Below are positions 20,349 to 29,889 of a DNA stretch of 64,000 nt, in pieces. The stretch comes from Methylobacillus sp. (lineage in GTDB: Bacteria > Pseudomonadota > Gammaproteobacteria > Burkholderiales > Methylophilaceae). Under the pieces are notes generated by a model that did no database searches, had not been told where the DNA came from, and saw nothing but the letters and a program-made list of their open reading frames with translations. Made by a program: the position numbers and the translations under genes. The stretch covers positions 10,749 through 74,748 of the forward strand of contig JABBAU010000026.1 of NCBI GenBank assembly GCA_018607785.1, written 5' to 3'. Position 1 is the stretch's first letter. Every line of letters starts with the position of its first letter.

Positions 20349-20573
20349 ATGACTTTATCAGAATTAACAGTAGGTAGAAATGCAATCATTGAAGGGTTTA
20401 CAAAAAATACTTCTTACAATGATAGGTTAATCGCATTGGGCGTTAAAAAAAATAAGGGGGTAAAAGTAATAAGAAAATCAAAATTTAATGGCCCACTTCA
20501 TATAGAAATTGGAACTACACAACTAATGCTTAGAAATCTAGTTGCAAAACAAATAAAAATATCTCACTTATAA
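20349..20573 (+). CDS. feoA: Ferrous iron transport protein A
   Basis: RLIALG and GP motifs, 74 aa, upstream of feoB. Confidence 0.85.
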   Translation: MTLSELTVGRNAIIEGFTKNTSYNDRLIALGVKKNKGVKVIRKSKFNGPLHIEIGTTQLMLRNLVAKQIKISHL

Positions 20574-20586
20574 AATAATCGTTTAA

Positions 20587-22344
20587 ATGAAAAAAACAGT
20601 TCTTATAGGAATGCCTAACACAGGCAAATCTACCTTTTTTAATAAAATTAGTGGGGCTTCAGCGAAAGTAGGTAATTGGCCAGGAATTACTGTTGATTTA
20701 ACCAGCATCAAAACGCTCATAAATGGCGAAATGACTGAGCTTATTGACTTACCAGGGATATATAATCTAAATGGTTATTCAGAAGATGAAGAAGTTGTAA
20801 TAAATTTTATTGAGAACAATAAAATTGACCATGTTTTTTTTATTATGAATGCCACACAAATTGACAGGCAACTTCCTTTAGCAATAAACATTCAAAAACT
20901 TGGAATTCCAACAACTATATTAGCCAATATGATTGATGAAGCAAAGTCATTAGGTATTACATTCGACTTTGAACTGATGGGTAAATTAATAGGTTGCCCT
21001 GTGCTACCAATAAGCGCTAAATTTGGTCAAGGGTTTGATGAAATAAACAAAAAAGTTAATAGACCAAAAAAACAAAAAATAAATCTAAAATCTGCTGACG
21101 AACAGTCTTTATCTCAAAAAGTTTTTGACAAAACTGTGACCATGCCCATTGTCTTGAATGACAACAAAACTAGATTTTTAGATAGTATTTTTCTTCACCC
21201 AATTTTTGGTGTTCCAATTTTTTTATTGATTATTTTTAGCTTGTTTCAATTTATCTATACTTTAGGGGCACCCATTCAGGAATATATGGGTGATTTTTTC
21301 AGTTACCTGCAAATAAACTTCCTGCAAAGTTTATTTGATGGTTCACCAGATATGTTGAAAAGTTTTTTATTGGATGGCTTATATGCCGGCTTTACCACAG
21401 TGGCTGCATTTGTACCAATAATCATTATTTTTTTCTTTGTGATGACAATCGTCGAGGATAGCGGTTACTTTTCAAGGGCCGCGTTTTTAATGGATAAATT
21501 AATGGAAAAAATGGGGCTTGATGGAAGAGGTTTTGTAATGATGCTTATGGGTTATGGTTGTAATGTGCCGGCGCTCATGGGAACAAAAATTATGCGTAAT
21601 AAGAATTTAAGGTTTTTAACTATGTTAACTATCCCCTTCTCCCTCTGCTCGGCAAGGCTTCAAGTTTTTTTATTTCTTACTTTGGCATTTTTAACATCAT
21701 TCTATGGTGCATTAACCTTATTTTTTTTATACCTACTTAGCTTCTTTACTATTTTTTTAACTGCGATAATTTTTAAAAAAAAGTATAAAAATGAGGAACC
21801 AATGATTCTTGAGCTGCCCCCTTACCGTTTTCCAACAATTTCTCACATTTTTAAAAGAGGTAATCAGGAAGTGTTTAATTTTTTAAGTCGAGCAACCAAA
21901 TTTATCATCTTAGGTGTGGTATCAGTTTGGTTGCTTACCTACTTCCCGAGTGAGTATGCTGTTGCAAGTGAGAATACCTATGCAGGAAGGATAGGTAGCT
22001 TTTTTGAACCCATTTTCAGTCCAATTGGTATCGATCAGATGTTAATAGTTGCTTTGATGTTTGGATTCATTGCTAAAGAAATACTCATTGGGGCACTGGC
22101 TGTAATATTTGGTCTTGAAGGTATTGAACTTGGGAGTCACTTGAAAGAAATTTTTAGTAATGGTCAAGCTATTAGTTTTATGATTTTTACCTTAATTTAT
22201 ACGCCTTGTGTTTCTACGATAGCTACTATAAAAAATGAATCTAAAAGCTGGAGGCTGACATTAGAGTCTATTGTTTGGTCATTATTTCTTGCATGGATAG
22301 CAAGCTTTATCTTTTATCAAAGCTATGAATATTTTGTAAAATAA
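20587..22344 (+). CDS. feoB: Ferrous iron transport protein B (short form)
   Basis: GMPNTGKS, NWPGITV, DLPG; gate motifs GYGCNVP, CSAR, YTPC. Confidence 0.93.
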   Translation: MKKTVLIGMPNTGKSTFFNKISGASAKVGNWPGITVDLTSIKTLINGEMTELIDLPGIYNLNGYSEDEEVVINFIENNKIDHVFFIMNATQIDRQLPLAINIQKLGIPTTILANMIDEAKSLGITFDFELMGKLIGCPVLPISAKFGQGFDEINKKVNRPKKQKINLKSADEQSLSQKVFDKTVTMPIVLNDNKTRFLDSIFLHPIFGVPIFLLIIFSLFQFIYTLGAPIQEYMGDFFSYLQINFLQSLFDGSPDMLKSFLLDGLYAGFTTVAAFVPIIIIFFFVMTIVEDSGYFSRAAFLMDKLMEKMGLDGRGFVMMLMGYGCNVPALMGTKIMRNKNLRFLTMLTIPFSLCSARLQVFLFLTLAFLTSFYGALTLFFLYLLSFFTIFLTAIIFKKKYKNEEPMILELPPYRFPTISHIFKRGNQEVFNFLSRATKFIILGVVSVWLLTYFPSEYAVASENTYAGRIGSFFEPIFSPIGIDQMLIVALMFGFIAKEILIGALAVIFGLEGIELGSHLKEIFSNGQAISFMIFTLIYTPCVSTIATIKNESKSWRLTLESIVWSLFLAWIASFIFYQSYEYFVK

Positions 22345-22423
22345 AATGAATTATTAGTGTTATTTTGGAAAGTCATTTATTATTCATTAAAGTAAATTTA
22401 TGTAATCATTTATCATCATTGAG

Positions 22424-25400
22424 ATGCAAAAAAATCAAATTAAATTCTTTTTAGGTAGCGAAATATACTCACAATTTCGAAAACAAGCACTCGAAAAAAA
22501 AATAAAAAATCTAAATCCTGAAATACTATCAATTGAGTCTATCTATTCCTATGTTATCGAGTCAAGTGAAACACTTTCATCAATAATTCAGGAAAAGCTT
22601 GAAAAAATTCTTGATTGTGAACCAAACAAATTTTCAGACTTCAAAATTAAAAATAGTTTGTTTGTTGGGCCAAGAGTTGGAACAATTTCGCCATGGAGTT
22701 CAAGAGCAACAGACATTATTAAAAATTGTGGGATAGATATATTAAGAGCTGAAAAACTTAGTTTTTATTGCTTTAATACCAAATCTAATAAGGAAATTAC
22801 AAATAAAAACTTATTAGAAATAGGTCATCTTATATATGACCAAATGACTGAATCATTATTTTTAGATAAACAAAATATTAAAGAACTTTTTTCACATGAA
22901 AAACCATCAAGAATAACTCATATCGATATTTTACAATTTGGAATTAAAGCGCTTGAAGAGTTTAATTTATCTCAAGGCCTTGCAATGTCAAATGAGGAGA
23001 TAATTTATCTATACGAATACTTTAGCTCAGAAAAAAGAAATCCTACTGATGCTGAGCTTATGATGTTTGCCCAAGCTAATTCTGAACATTGTAGACATAA
23101 AATTTTTAATGCCGATTGGGTCATTGATGATAATGCTCAAGAAAGATCATTATTTAAGATGATTAAAAATACACATGAGGTATCACCCCATAAGACAGTT
23201 GTGGCCTATTCTGATAACTCTTCAATTATTGAAGGTTCTAAAATTAAAAGGTTTTACCCAAATGAAAAAGATTTATTTAAAGAAAATTTAGAGCTTACCC
23301 ACTATCTAATGAAAGTAGAAACCCATAATCATCCAACGGCAATATCACCTTTTCCTGGAGCTGCAACAGGTGCAGGGGGAGAAATAAGAGATGAAGGGGC
23401 AACTGGAAGAGGTTCAAAACCTAAAGCGGGTTTATCAGGCTTTTCAGTTTCAAATCTTAATATTCCTAACTTTGTTCAAGTATGGGAGAAAAATTATATT
23501 GGCTTACCCAAAAGAATAGCTTCGCCATTAAAAATTATGATTGATGGCCCTATTGGAGCAGCCTCCTACAATAATGAATTTGGAAGACCTAACATTTTAG
23601 GTTACTTTCGTACACTAGAAACTAATCATAATGGTAAAAATATTGGGTACCACAAACCCATTATGCTCGCCGGTGGAGTTGGTAATATCAGTGACAGCCA
23701 TACACACAAAAAACCTTTATCTGAGGATAACATTCTAATTCAACTTGGAGGCCCAGCAATGCTAATTGGGCTGGGTGGGGGTGCTGCATCAAGTATGAAT
23801 ACGGGATCAAATCAAGAAAATCTTGATTTTGCATCTGTTCAGAGAGGTAACCCAGAATTACAAAGAAGAGCTCAGGAAGTAATTGATGCTTGCTGGCAAT
23901 TAGGATCTAGGAACCCTATCTTGAGTATTCACGATGTAGGTGCAGGTGGTCTATCAAATGCTTTCCCAGAGCTAATTCATGATGGTGGTGTTGGTGCATT
24001 AATGGATATCCGGAATATCAACAATGAAGAATTGTCTATGTCACCAAAAGAAATTTGGTCAAACGAGGCTCAAGAAAGGTATGTCTTAGCAATCAAGGAA
24101 GAGGATGTTGATCGTTTTATTAAGCTCTGTCAAAAGGAGCGCTGCCCTTTTGCAATTATTGGAAAAACTAAAAAACAAAAAAAACTTACCGTATCTGACT
24201 CTCTTTTAAATGAAGACGTTATAAATATGAACCTTGATGTACTTCTTGGAAAACCACCCAAACTAAATAAAATTATTAAAACACCAGAAAATAACATTTC
24301 AAAAGAATCGGGAGTTTATGAGGATAATCTTCTTCAAAATATTACAAATGTTCTTCATTTTCCAAGTGTCGCAAGTAAAAACTTTTTAATCACCATTGCA
24401 GATCGATCAGTCACTGGTTTGGTTTCAAGAGACCAAATGGTTGGTCCATGGCAGGTACCTGTATCAAATGTTGGGGTCACAAAAAGTACATTTAATTCTA
24501 ATACAGGTGAAGCAATGGCGATTGGAGAAAAAGCACCCATTGCAATTACAAACGCAGCTGCATCGGCAAGGATGGCTGTCTCTGAAGCAATAACTAATAT
24601 TGCAGCAAGTGCAATTAAGAACATCAGCCTAATTAAACTATCAGCTAATTGGATGGCTGCTTCAGGAGATAACGATAGGGATTATGAACTCTTTGAAGCT
24701 GTTAAAGCTGTTGGTATGGATTTATGCCCGAAACTAGGGATAAGCATTCCTGTTGGGAAGGATTCAATGTCAATGCAAACTACTTGGGAAGAAGGTAATT
24801 TAAAATCTGTTGAATCCCCACTTTCACTCATCGTTTCAGCTTTTTCTGAAACGTATGATGTAAACAAGACACTTACCCCAGAAATACATTCAATAGAAAA
24901 GAGCTCATTGATACTAATTGACCTTGGTAATGGCAAAAATAGAATGGGAGGTTCCAGTTTTAATGCTGTTCACCATATATATGAAGATGAAGTTCCAGAC
25001 TTAGATGATGCAAAGCTGATTAAAAGTTTTTTTGAAGGAATACAGCACTTAAATAAAAAAAATAAAATTCTTGCCTACCATGACCGTTCTGATGGAGGAT
25101 TAATAACCACAATACTTGAAATGGCTTTTGCAGGTCACTGCGGTATTGATCTAAATTTAAATAAAGATGATGAAAGTATCAAATTTTTATTTAATGAAGA
25201 ACTTGGTGCAGTCATTCAAGTTGCAAATAATGATGTTGCTGAAGTTTTAAATTATTTCAATGAAAATTTAATGCTTTTAGCTAGAGTTGTAGGAGCTCCT
25301 AACAAGGATCATTCTATAAATATTATAAAAGACTCGAAATTAATCTTAACAAACTCGCGAGGTAAATTACAGCAAGCTTGGGCAGAAACTAGTTATAGAA

Positions 25401-26293
25401 TTCAATCAATTCGTGATAATCCAAAAACTGCAAAAGAGGAGTTTGATCTAATTCTTAATGATCAGTATGAAGGAATTCAGTCCAAAATCAACTTTGATAT
25501 TCCAAAATCTGTAAACATTAAAAAAACAAAACCAAAAATTGCAATTTTAAGAGAGCAAGGTGTAAACGGCCAAAGTGAAATGGCAGCAGCTTTCAACTAT
25601 GCAGGTTTTGATGCCTTCGATGTTCACATGTCTGAAATAAATAATGGAGATAAAAAATTAAGTGACTTTGAGGGATTAGCTGCTTGTGGGGGGTTTTCTT
25701 ATGGTGATGTCTTGGGTGCAGGAAGAGGTTGGGCAAGTTCAATACTATTTAACTCTAAAGTACGTGAAGAATTCCAACAATTTTTTGAAAGAGATAATAC
25801 AATTGCTTTGGGAGTTTGTAATGGTTGTCAGATGATGAGCCAGATAAAAGAAATTATTCCCGGCACTGATCTATGGCCAAATTTTATTCAAAACGAATCT
25901 GAGCAATTTGAAGCAAGATTTTTAACAGTTGAAGTTAAAAAAAATAATTCTTTATTTTTTGACGAGATGATGGGGAGTATTATTCCTATAGTTGTATCTC
26001 ATGGGGAAGGGAGATCAAACTTTTCTGAGGGTAAATTAGGACAGATTCTAAAAAATAATCAAGTAACTTTGGCGTTTACTGATATAGATGGAACTTTATC
26101 CTACCCAAATAATCCCAACGGTAGCCCTTCTGGAATCACTGGTGTGTCGAGTGAAAATGGGAGATTTACAATAATGATGCCGCACCCTGAAAGAGTTTTT
26201 AGAACTGATCAAAATTCGTGGCATCCAAATAATTGGGAAGAATTTGGTCCTTGGTATAAAATGTTTGCGAATGCTAATAAACACTTTAATTAA
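22424..26293 (+). CDS. purL: Phosphoribosylformylglycinamidine synthase (large form)
   Basis: NSEHCRH, VETHNHP, GVCNG, MPHPER. Confidence 0.97.
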   Translation: MQKNQIKFFLGSEIYSQFRKQALEKKIKNLNPEILSIESIYSYVIESSETLSSIIQEKLEKILDCEPNKFSDFKIKNSLFVGPRVGTISPWSSRATDIIKNCGIDILRAEKLSFYCFNTKSNKEITNKNLLEIGHLIYDQMTESLFLDKQNIKELFSHEKPSRITHIDILQFGIKALEEFNLSQGLAMSNEEIIYLYEYFSSEKRNPTDAELMMFAQANSEHCRHKIFNADWVIDDNAQERSLFKMIKNTHEVSPHKTVVAYSDNSSIIEGSKIKRFYPNEKDLFKENLELTHYLMKVETHNHPTAISPFPGAATGAGGEIRDEGATGRGSKPKAGLSGFSVSNLNIPNFVQVWEKNYIGLPKRIASPLKIMIDGPIGAASYNNEFGRPNILGYFRTLETNHNGKNIGYHKPIMLAGGVGNISDSHTHKKPLSEDNILIQLGGPAMLIGLGGGAASSMNTGSNQENLDFASVQRGNPELQRRAQEVIDACWQLGSRNPILSIHDVGAGGLSNAFPELIHDGGVGALMDIRNINNEELSMSPKEIWSNEAQERYVLAIKEEDVDRFIKLCQKERCPFAIIGKTKKQKKLTVSDSLLNEDVINMNLDVLLGKPPKLNKIIKTPENNISKESGVYEDNLLQNITNVLHFPSVASKNFLITIADRSVTGLVSRDQMVGPWQVPVSNVGVTKSTFNSNTGEAMAIGEKAPIAITNAAASARMAVSEAITNIAASAIKNISLIKLSANWMAASGDNDRDYELFEAVKAVGMDLCPKLGISIPVGKDSMSMQTTWEEGNLKSVESPLSLIVSAFSETYDVNKTLTPEIHSIEKSSLILIDLGNGKNRMGGSSFNAVHHIYEDEVPDLDDAKLIKSFFEGIQHLNKKNKILAYHDRSDGGLITTILEMAFAGHCGIDLNLNKDDESIKFLFNEELGAVIQVANNDVAEVLNYFNENLMLLARVVGAPNKDHSINIIKDSKLILTNSRGKLQQAWAETSYRIQSIRDNPKTAKEEFDLILNDQYEGIQSKINFDIPKSVNIKKTKPKIAILREQGVNGQSEMAAAFNYAGFDAFDVHMSEINNGDKKLSDFEGLAACGGFSYGDVLGAGRGWASSILFNSKVREEFQQFFERDNTIALGVCNGCQMMSQIKEIIPGTDLWPNFIQNESEQFEARFLTVEVKKNNSLFFDEMMGSIIPIVVSHGEGRSNFSEGKLGQILKNNQVTLAFTDIDGTLSYPNNPNGSPSGITGVSSENGRFTIMMPHPERVFRTDQNSWHPNNWEEFGPWYKMFANANKHFN

Positions 26294-26308
26294 CACATAG
26301 GAATTATT

Positions 26309-26800
26309 ATGAAATCGATGAAATTTTTAGTTGCCTTATCCGCATTATTGTTTTCGTCATTTATTTTTGCACTAAATGATGATCAAGAAATGGAATTTAC
26401 AGGGGCAGTCAATGTTGGTGATATCAAAACTGTGAAGATGTATGTTGAGACCATGAATGTAAATTTGGAAGATTCCTATTTTGCATGGACGCCACTTTTA
26501 ATGGCAGCAGCAAAAAATCAGCAAGAGGTACTTGAATATTTAGTCAAAAAAGGTGCAAATATAAATTATGTTCACCCTGTGACGAGATGGAATGCACTAA
26601 TTCATGCAGCCTTTAATAATAATAAACAGATGGTGTTATTTTTATCGCAAAACGGGATTGATATGCAAAAAAAATTAAAAGGCGATGTGTCGTTAATTTT
26701 TGCAATGAGAGATCAAGGAAACGATGAAATGGCAGAATACCTTCTTTCTCTTGGCGTTTTAGATGATGGATGTAATCCAAAAGAAGATATTTGTTTTTAG
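26309..26800 (+). CDS. Exported ankyrin repeat protein
   Basis: Signal peptide; WTPLLMAA...GANIN and NALIHAA ankyrin motifs. Confidence 0.8.
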   Translation: MKSMKFLVALSALLFSSFIFALNDDQEMEFTGAVNVGDIKTVKMYVETMNVNLEDSYFAWTPLLMAAAKNQQEVLEYLVKKGANINYVHPVTRWNALIHAAFNNNKQMVLFLSQNGIDMQKKLKGDVSLIFAMRDQGNDEMAEYLLSLGVLDDGCNPKEDICF

Positions 26801-26820
26801 TTAATAAATTGATCAATTTC

Positions 26821-26848
26821 ATAGCGCAGTTAACTGCGCTATTTTTTT
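26821..26848 (+). terminator. Intrinsic terminator
   Basis: ATAGCGCAG-TTAA-CTGCGCTAT followed by a T run. Confidence 0.85.
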
Positions 26849-26903
26849 ATCTACAAGCCAATAAGGTTCTGATATCATGTAACTTTTCCAAGATTGTAAA
26901 CCC

Positions 26904-28067
26904 ATGAATTTACACGAATATCAATCAAAAAAGCTCCTTGAATCATATAATATTGATATTCCTAATGGGCAAATAATTGAATCACAAATTCCTGAAGAAA
27001 TTAAATCTTGCTTGAGAAATAATAAAACTTTTGTTTTTAAATCTCAAATTCATGCTGGTGGGCGAGGAAAATCAGGAGGAGTAAAGTTAATCAGTAACTT
27101 AACCGATGCCGAAATTTTTATTTCAAATCAATTAGGCTCAAGATTAAAAACCTACCAAAATTTACCAAACGGACAACCAGTAAACAAGATTTTAATCGAA
27201 GAAAAAATTCTTATTAAAAATGAGCTTTACTTTTCATTACTTGTTGATAGACAAACAGAGTCAATCGTCATCCTTTGTTCAACGGAGGGCGGGACTGAAA
27301 TTGAGGATACTGCAAAAAAACATGAAGATCTTCTATTTAAAGAATATATAACGATAGGAAAAAAACCAACAGAACAACAAATTATTAATCTTTCCAATAA
27401 TCTTAAAATACCTTCTGAAGCAGAACAAGATTTTAAAAATTTTGTTCAAAATACTTTTAAGCTATTTATTGAGAAGGATTTATCATTAATTGAAATTAAT
27501 CCTTTAATTCTTTCTAAAAAGAATAAAATTATTGCGCTCGATTGCAAAGTAACATTGGATGATAATGCTCTTTTTAAACATGAAGACCTAAAAAATAGTT
27601 TTGATTGGTCCCAAGTAGATGAGAAAGAAGCAGAAGCCTACGAGGCTGGACTTAACTATATAGCCCTTGAAGGAACAATAGGATGTATGGTCAATGGAGC
27701 AGGTCTTGCAATGGCTACGATGGATTTAATAAAACACTCTGGAGGGTTGCCTGCAAATTTCCTTGATGTTGGCGGTGGCGCATCCTCAGAAACCGTTAGT
27801 AAAGCATTTAAAATACTTTTATCTGATAAAAATGTTCGAGTAGTCCTGGTTAATATTTTTGGTGGAATTATGAGATGTGATGTAATAGCAGATGGGATTG
27901 TTGCTGCAGTAAAAGAAGTTGGTATTAAAATTCCAATTGTAGTAAGGCTTGAGGGAACCAATGTTGAAAAAGGGAAAAAAATCTTAGACGAAAGCAAACT
28001 TAATATCACTTCTGCAAATAATTTGTGTGAAGCAACCAAACAAGCAGTTATCTTTTCAAAGGCCTAA
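26904..28067 (+). CDS. sucC: Succinyl-CoA synthetase beta subunit
   Basis: [27 protein letters not shown]. Confidence 0.95.
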   Translation: MNLHEYQSKKLLESYNIDIPNGQIIESQIPEEIKSCLRNNKTFVFKSQIHAGGRGKSGGVKLISNLTDAEIFISNQLGSRLKTYQNLPNGQPVNKILIEEKILIKNELYFSLLVDRQTESIVILCSTEGGTEIEDTAKKHEDLLFKEYITIGKKPTEQQIINLSNNLKIPSEAEQDFKNFVQNTFKLFIEKDLSLIEINPLILSKKNKIIALDCKVTLDDNALFKHEDLKNSFDWSQVDEKEAEAYEAGLNYIALEGTIGCMVNGAGLAMATMDLIKHSGGLPANFLDVGGGASSETVSKAFKILLSDKNVRVVLVNIFGGIMRCDVIADGIVAAVKEVGIKIPIVVRLEGTNVEKGKKILDESKLNITSANNLCEATKQAVIFSKA

Positions 28068-28068
28068 T

Positions 28069-28941
28069 TTGTCTATTTTAATAAATAAAAATACAAAAGT
28101 TATCTGCCAGGGTTTTACAGGCCGTCAGGGGACATTCCATAGTGAACAATCTATACAATATGGAACAAATTTAGTTGGAGGTGTTACACCAGGTAAAGGT
28201 GGTCAAAGTCATCTTAACCTTCCTGTATTTAATAGCGTTAAAGAAGCAAAAAAAGAAACAAATGCTGATGCAACGGTTATTTATGTACCCCCAAAATTTG
28301 CTGCTGATTCAATTTTAGAGGCTAGTAATGCAGGAATAAATATCATTGTATGTATAACAGAGGGTATTCCTATACTTGAAATGTTAGAGGTTAAAAAAGA
28401 AATAAAAAAAAATAACTCAATTCTAATTGGTCCTAACTGCCCAGGAATTATTACACCAGATGAATGTAAAATTGGAATTATGCCAGGAAATATTCACAAA
28501 AAAGGTAAAATTGGTATCGTTTCTAAGTCAGGAACATTAACATATGAAGCAGTTCATCAAACATCATCAATTGGATTTGGTCAATCTACGTGTGTTGGAA
28601 TTGGTGGGGACCCTATTAAAGGTATAAACTTTATAGAATGCCTTAGTATGTTCGAAAAAGATCCAAAAACTGAAGGAATTATTCTGGTAGGAGAGATTGG
28701 TGGTTCAGATGAAGAATTAGCTGCAGAATATATTAAAAAAAATATCAAAAAACCTGTAGTTGCTCATATTGCAGGAATTACGGCACCTGCCGGAAAAAGA
28801 ATGGGGCATGCAGGGGCTATTATTTCTGGAAGTACCGGAACCGCAATAAGTAAAATTAATGCTCTCAGCGACGCTGGAGTATTTATTGCTCACTCTCCTG
28901 CTGAAATGGGGGAAGTAATGAAAGAAGCTTTGGGTAACTAA
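28069..28941 (+). CDS. sucD: Succinyl-CoA synthetase alpha subunit
   Basis: Start reassigned to TTG 28069 (MSILINK); GPNCPG, MGHAGA. Confidence 0.93.
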   Translation: MSILINKNTKVICQGFTGRQGTFHSEQSIQYGTNLVGGVTPGKGGQSHLNLPVFNSVKEAKKETNADATVIYVPPKFAADSILEASNAGINIIVCITEGIPILEMLEVKKEIKKNNSILIGPNCPGIITPDECKIGIMPGNIHKKGKIGIVSKSGTLTYEAVHQTSSIGFGQSTCVGIGGDPIKGINFIECLSMFEKDPKTEGIILVGEIGGSDEELAAEYIKKNIKKPVVAHIAGITAPAGKRMGHAGAIISGSTGTAISKINALSDAGVFIAHSPAEMGEVMKEALGN

Positions 28942-28944
28942 TAA

Positions 28945-29886
28945 ATGAAAGTGATAATAGGTCTTTTTTTGTTTATTTGTTTTTCATTTTCATTTTCAAT
29001 TAAAGCTGAAGACATCCCTTACCTCTTGACAGCTTCATCTAAAGGAGATATCGAATCAGTGAAAGCAATTATTGAAAGTGGAGGTAATGTAAATACTGAG
29101 GATGGAAATAAGGTTTCAGCCCTTATGTATGCCTCAAGAAAAAATCAAGTTGAAGTCGCAAGATATTTAATATCAAAAGGCGCAGAAGTAAATAAACAAG
29201 AGATTGATGGTTGGACTGCACTGATGTATGCGTCAAAAAATAACTATAGTGACATTGTCAAACTCCTTATAGAGAATAATGCTGATTTAAAAATCACTGA
29301 CTCGGATGGTTGGACTGCCTATGGGCTCGCAGCAACTTCAGGAAATTATCAAACATTAGATCTTCTTATAAAAAAAGGAATAGATCCAAATACAAGAAAT
29401 TCATCTTCAACTACGGTACTAATGCTCGCATGTAAAAGTGGTAATGTTAATACTATAAAAGTATTAATTAAAAATGGCGCATCACTAAATCTAAAAGATA
29501 AATTTGGTAAATCTGCACTAGTTTATTGTGTAAACAAAGATCAAATTGAAGCAACAGAATTTCTTTTAATACATCAACCCGAAGTTGACTCACTTGATAA
29601 ATTTGAATGGACACCCCTTATGTGGGCAGTAAAAAAAGATTATTTTGAAATTATAAAATTACTTGTTAAATACAAGGCCAATATAAATCATAAAGATGAT
29701 GAAGGTACCCCTATTATTCAATATGCAGTTGAGAACGAATCTATCGAAGTAGTAAAATTTCTTATTGAAAAAGGTGTAGATATTAATGTTACTGATCAAT
29801 ATGGTCTATCGCCGCTGGTTTATGCACTAAAAACAAAAAATAAAGAAATTGTAGAATTAATTAGATCGGCAGGTGGTGAGTACTGA
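28945..29886 (+). CDS. Exported multi-ankyrin repeat protein
   Basis: Signal peptide plus about 8-9 repeats of roughly 33 aa (GWTALMYA, WTPLMWA). Confidence 0.88.
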   Translation: MKVIIGLFLFICFSFSFSIKAEDIPYLLTASSKGDIESVKAIIESGGNVNTEDGNKVSALMYASRKNQVEVARYLISKGAEVNKQEIDGWTALMYASKNNYSDIVKLLIENNADLKITDSDGWTAYGLAATSGNYQTLDLLIKKGIDPNTRNSSSTTVLMLACKSGNVNTIKVLIKNGASLNLKDKFGKSALVYCVNKDQIEATEFLLIHQPEVDSLDKFEWTPLMWAVKKDYFEIIKLLVKYKANINHKDDEGTPIIQYAVENESIEVVKFLIEKGVDINVTDQYGLSPLVYALKTKNKEIVELIRSAGGEY

Positions 29887-29889
29887 TAA

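Noticed and set aside
22400..22420. Fur-like TGTAATCATTTATCA upstream of purL
   Set aside because: Needs indels to fit a 7-1-7 box; expected by chance in AT-rich DNA
28027..28068. N-terminal extension of SucD
   Set aside because: Overlaps sucC; the conserved MSIL start is TTG 28069
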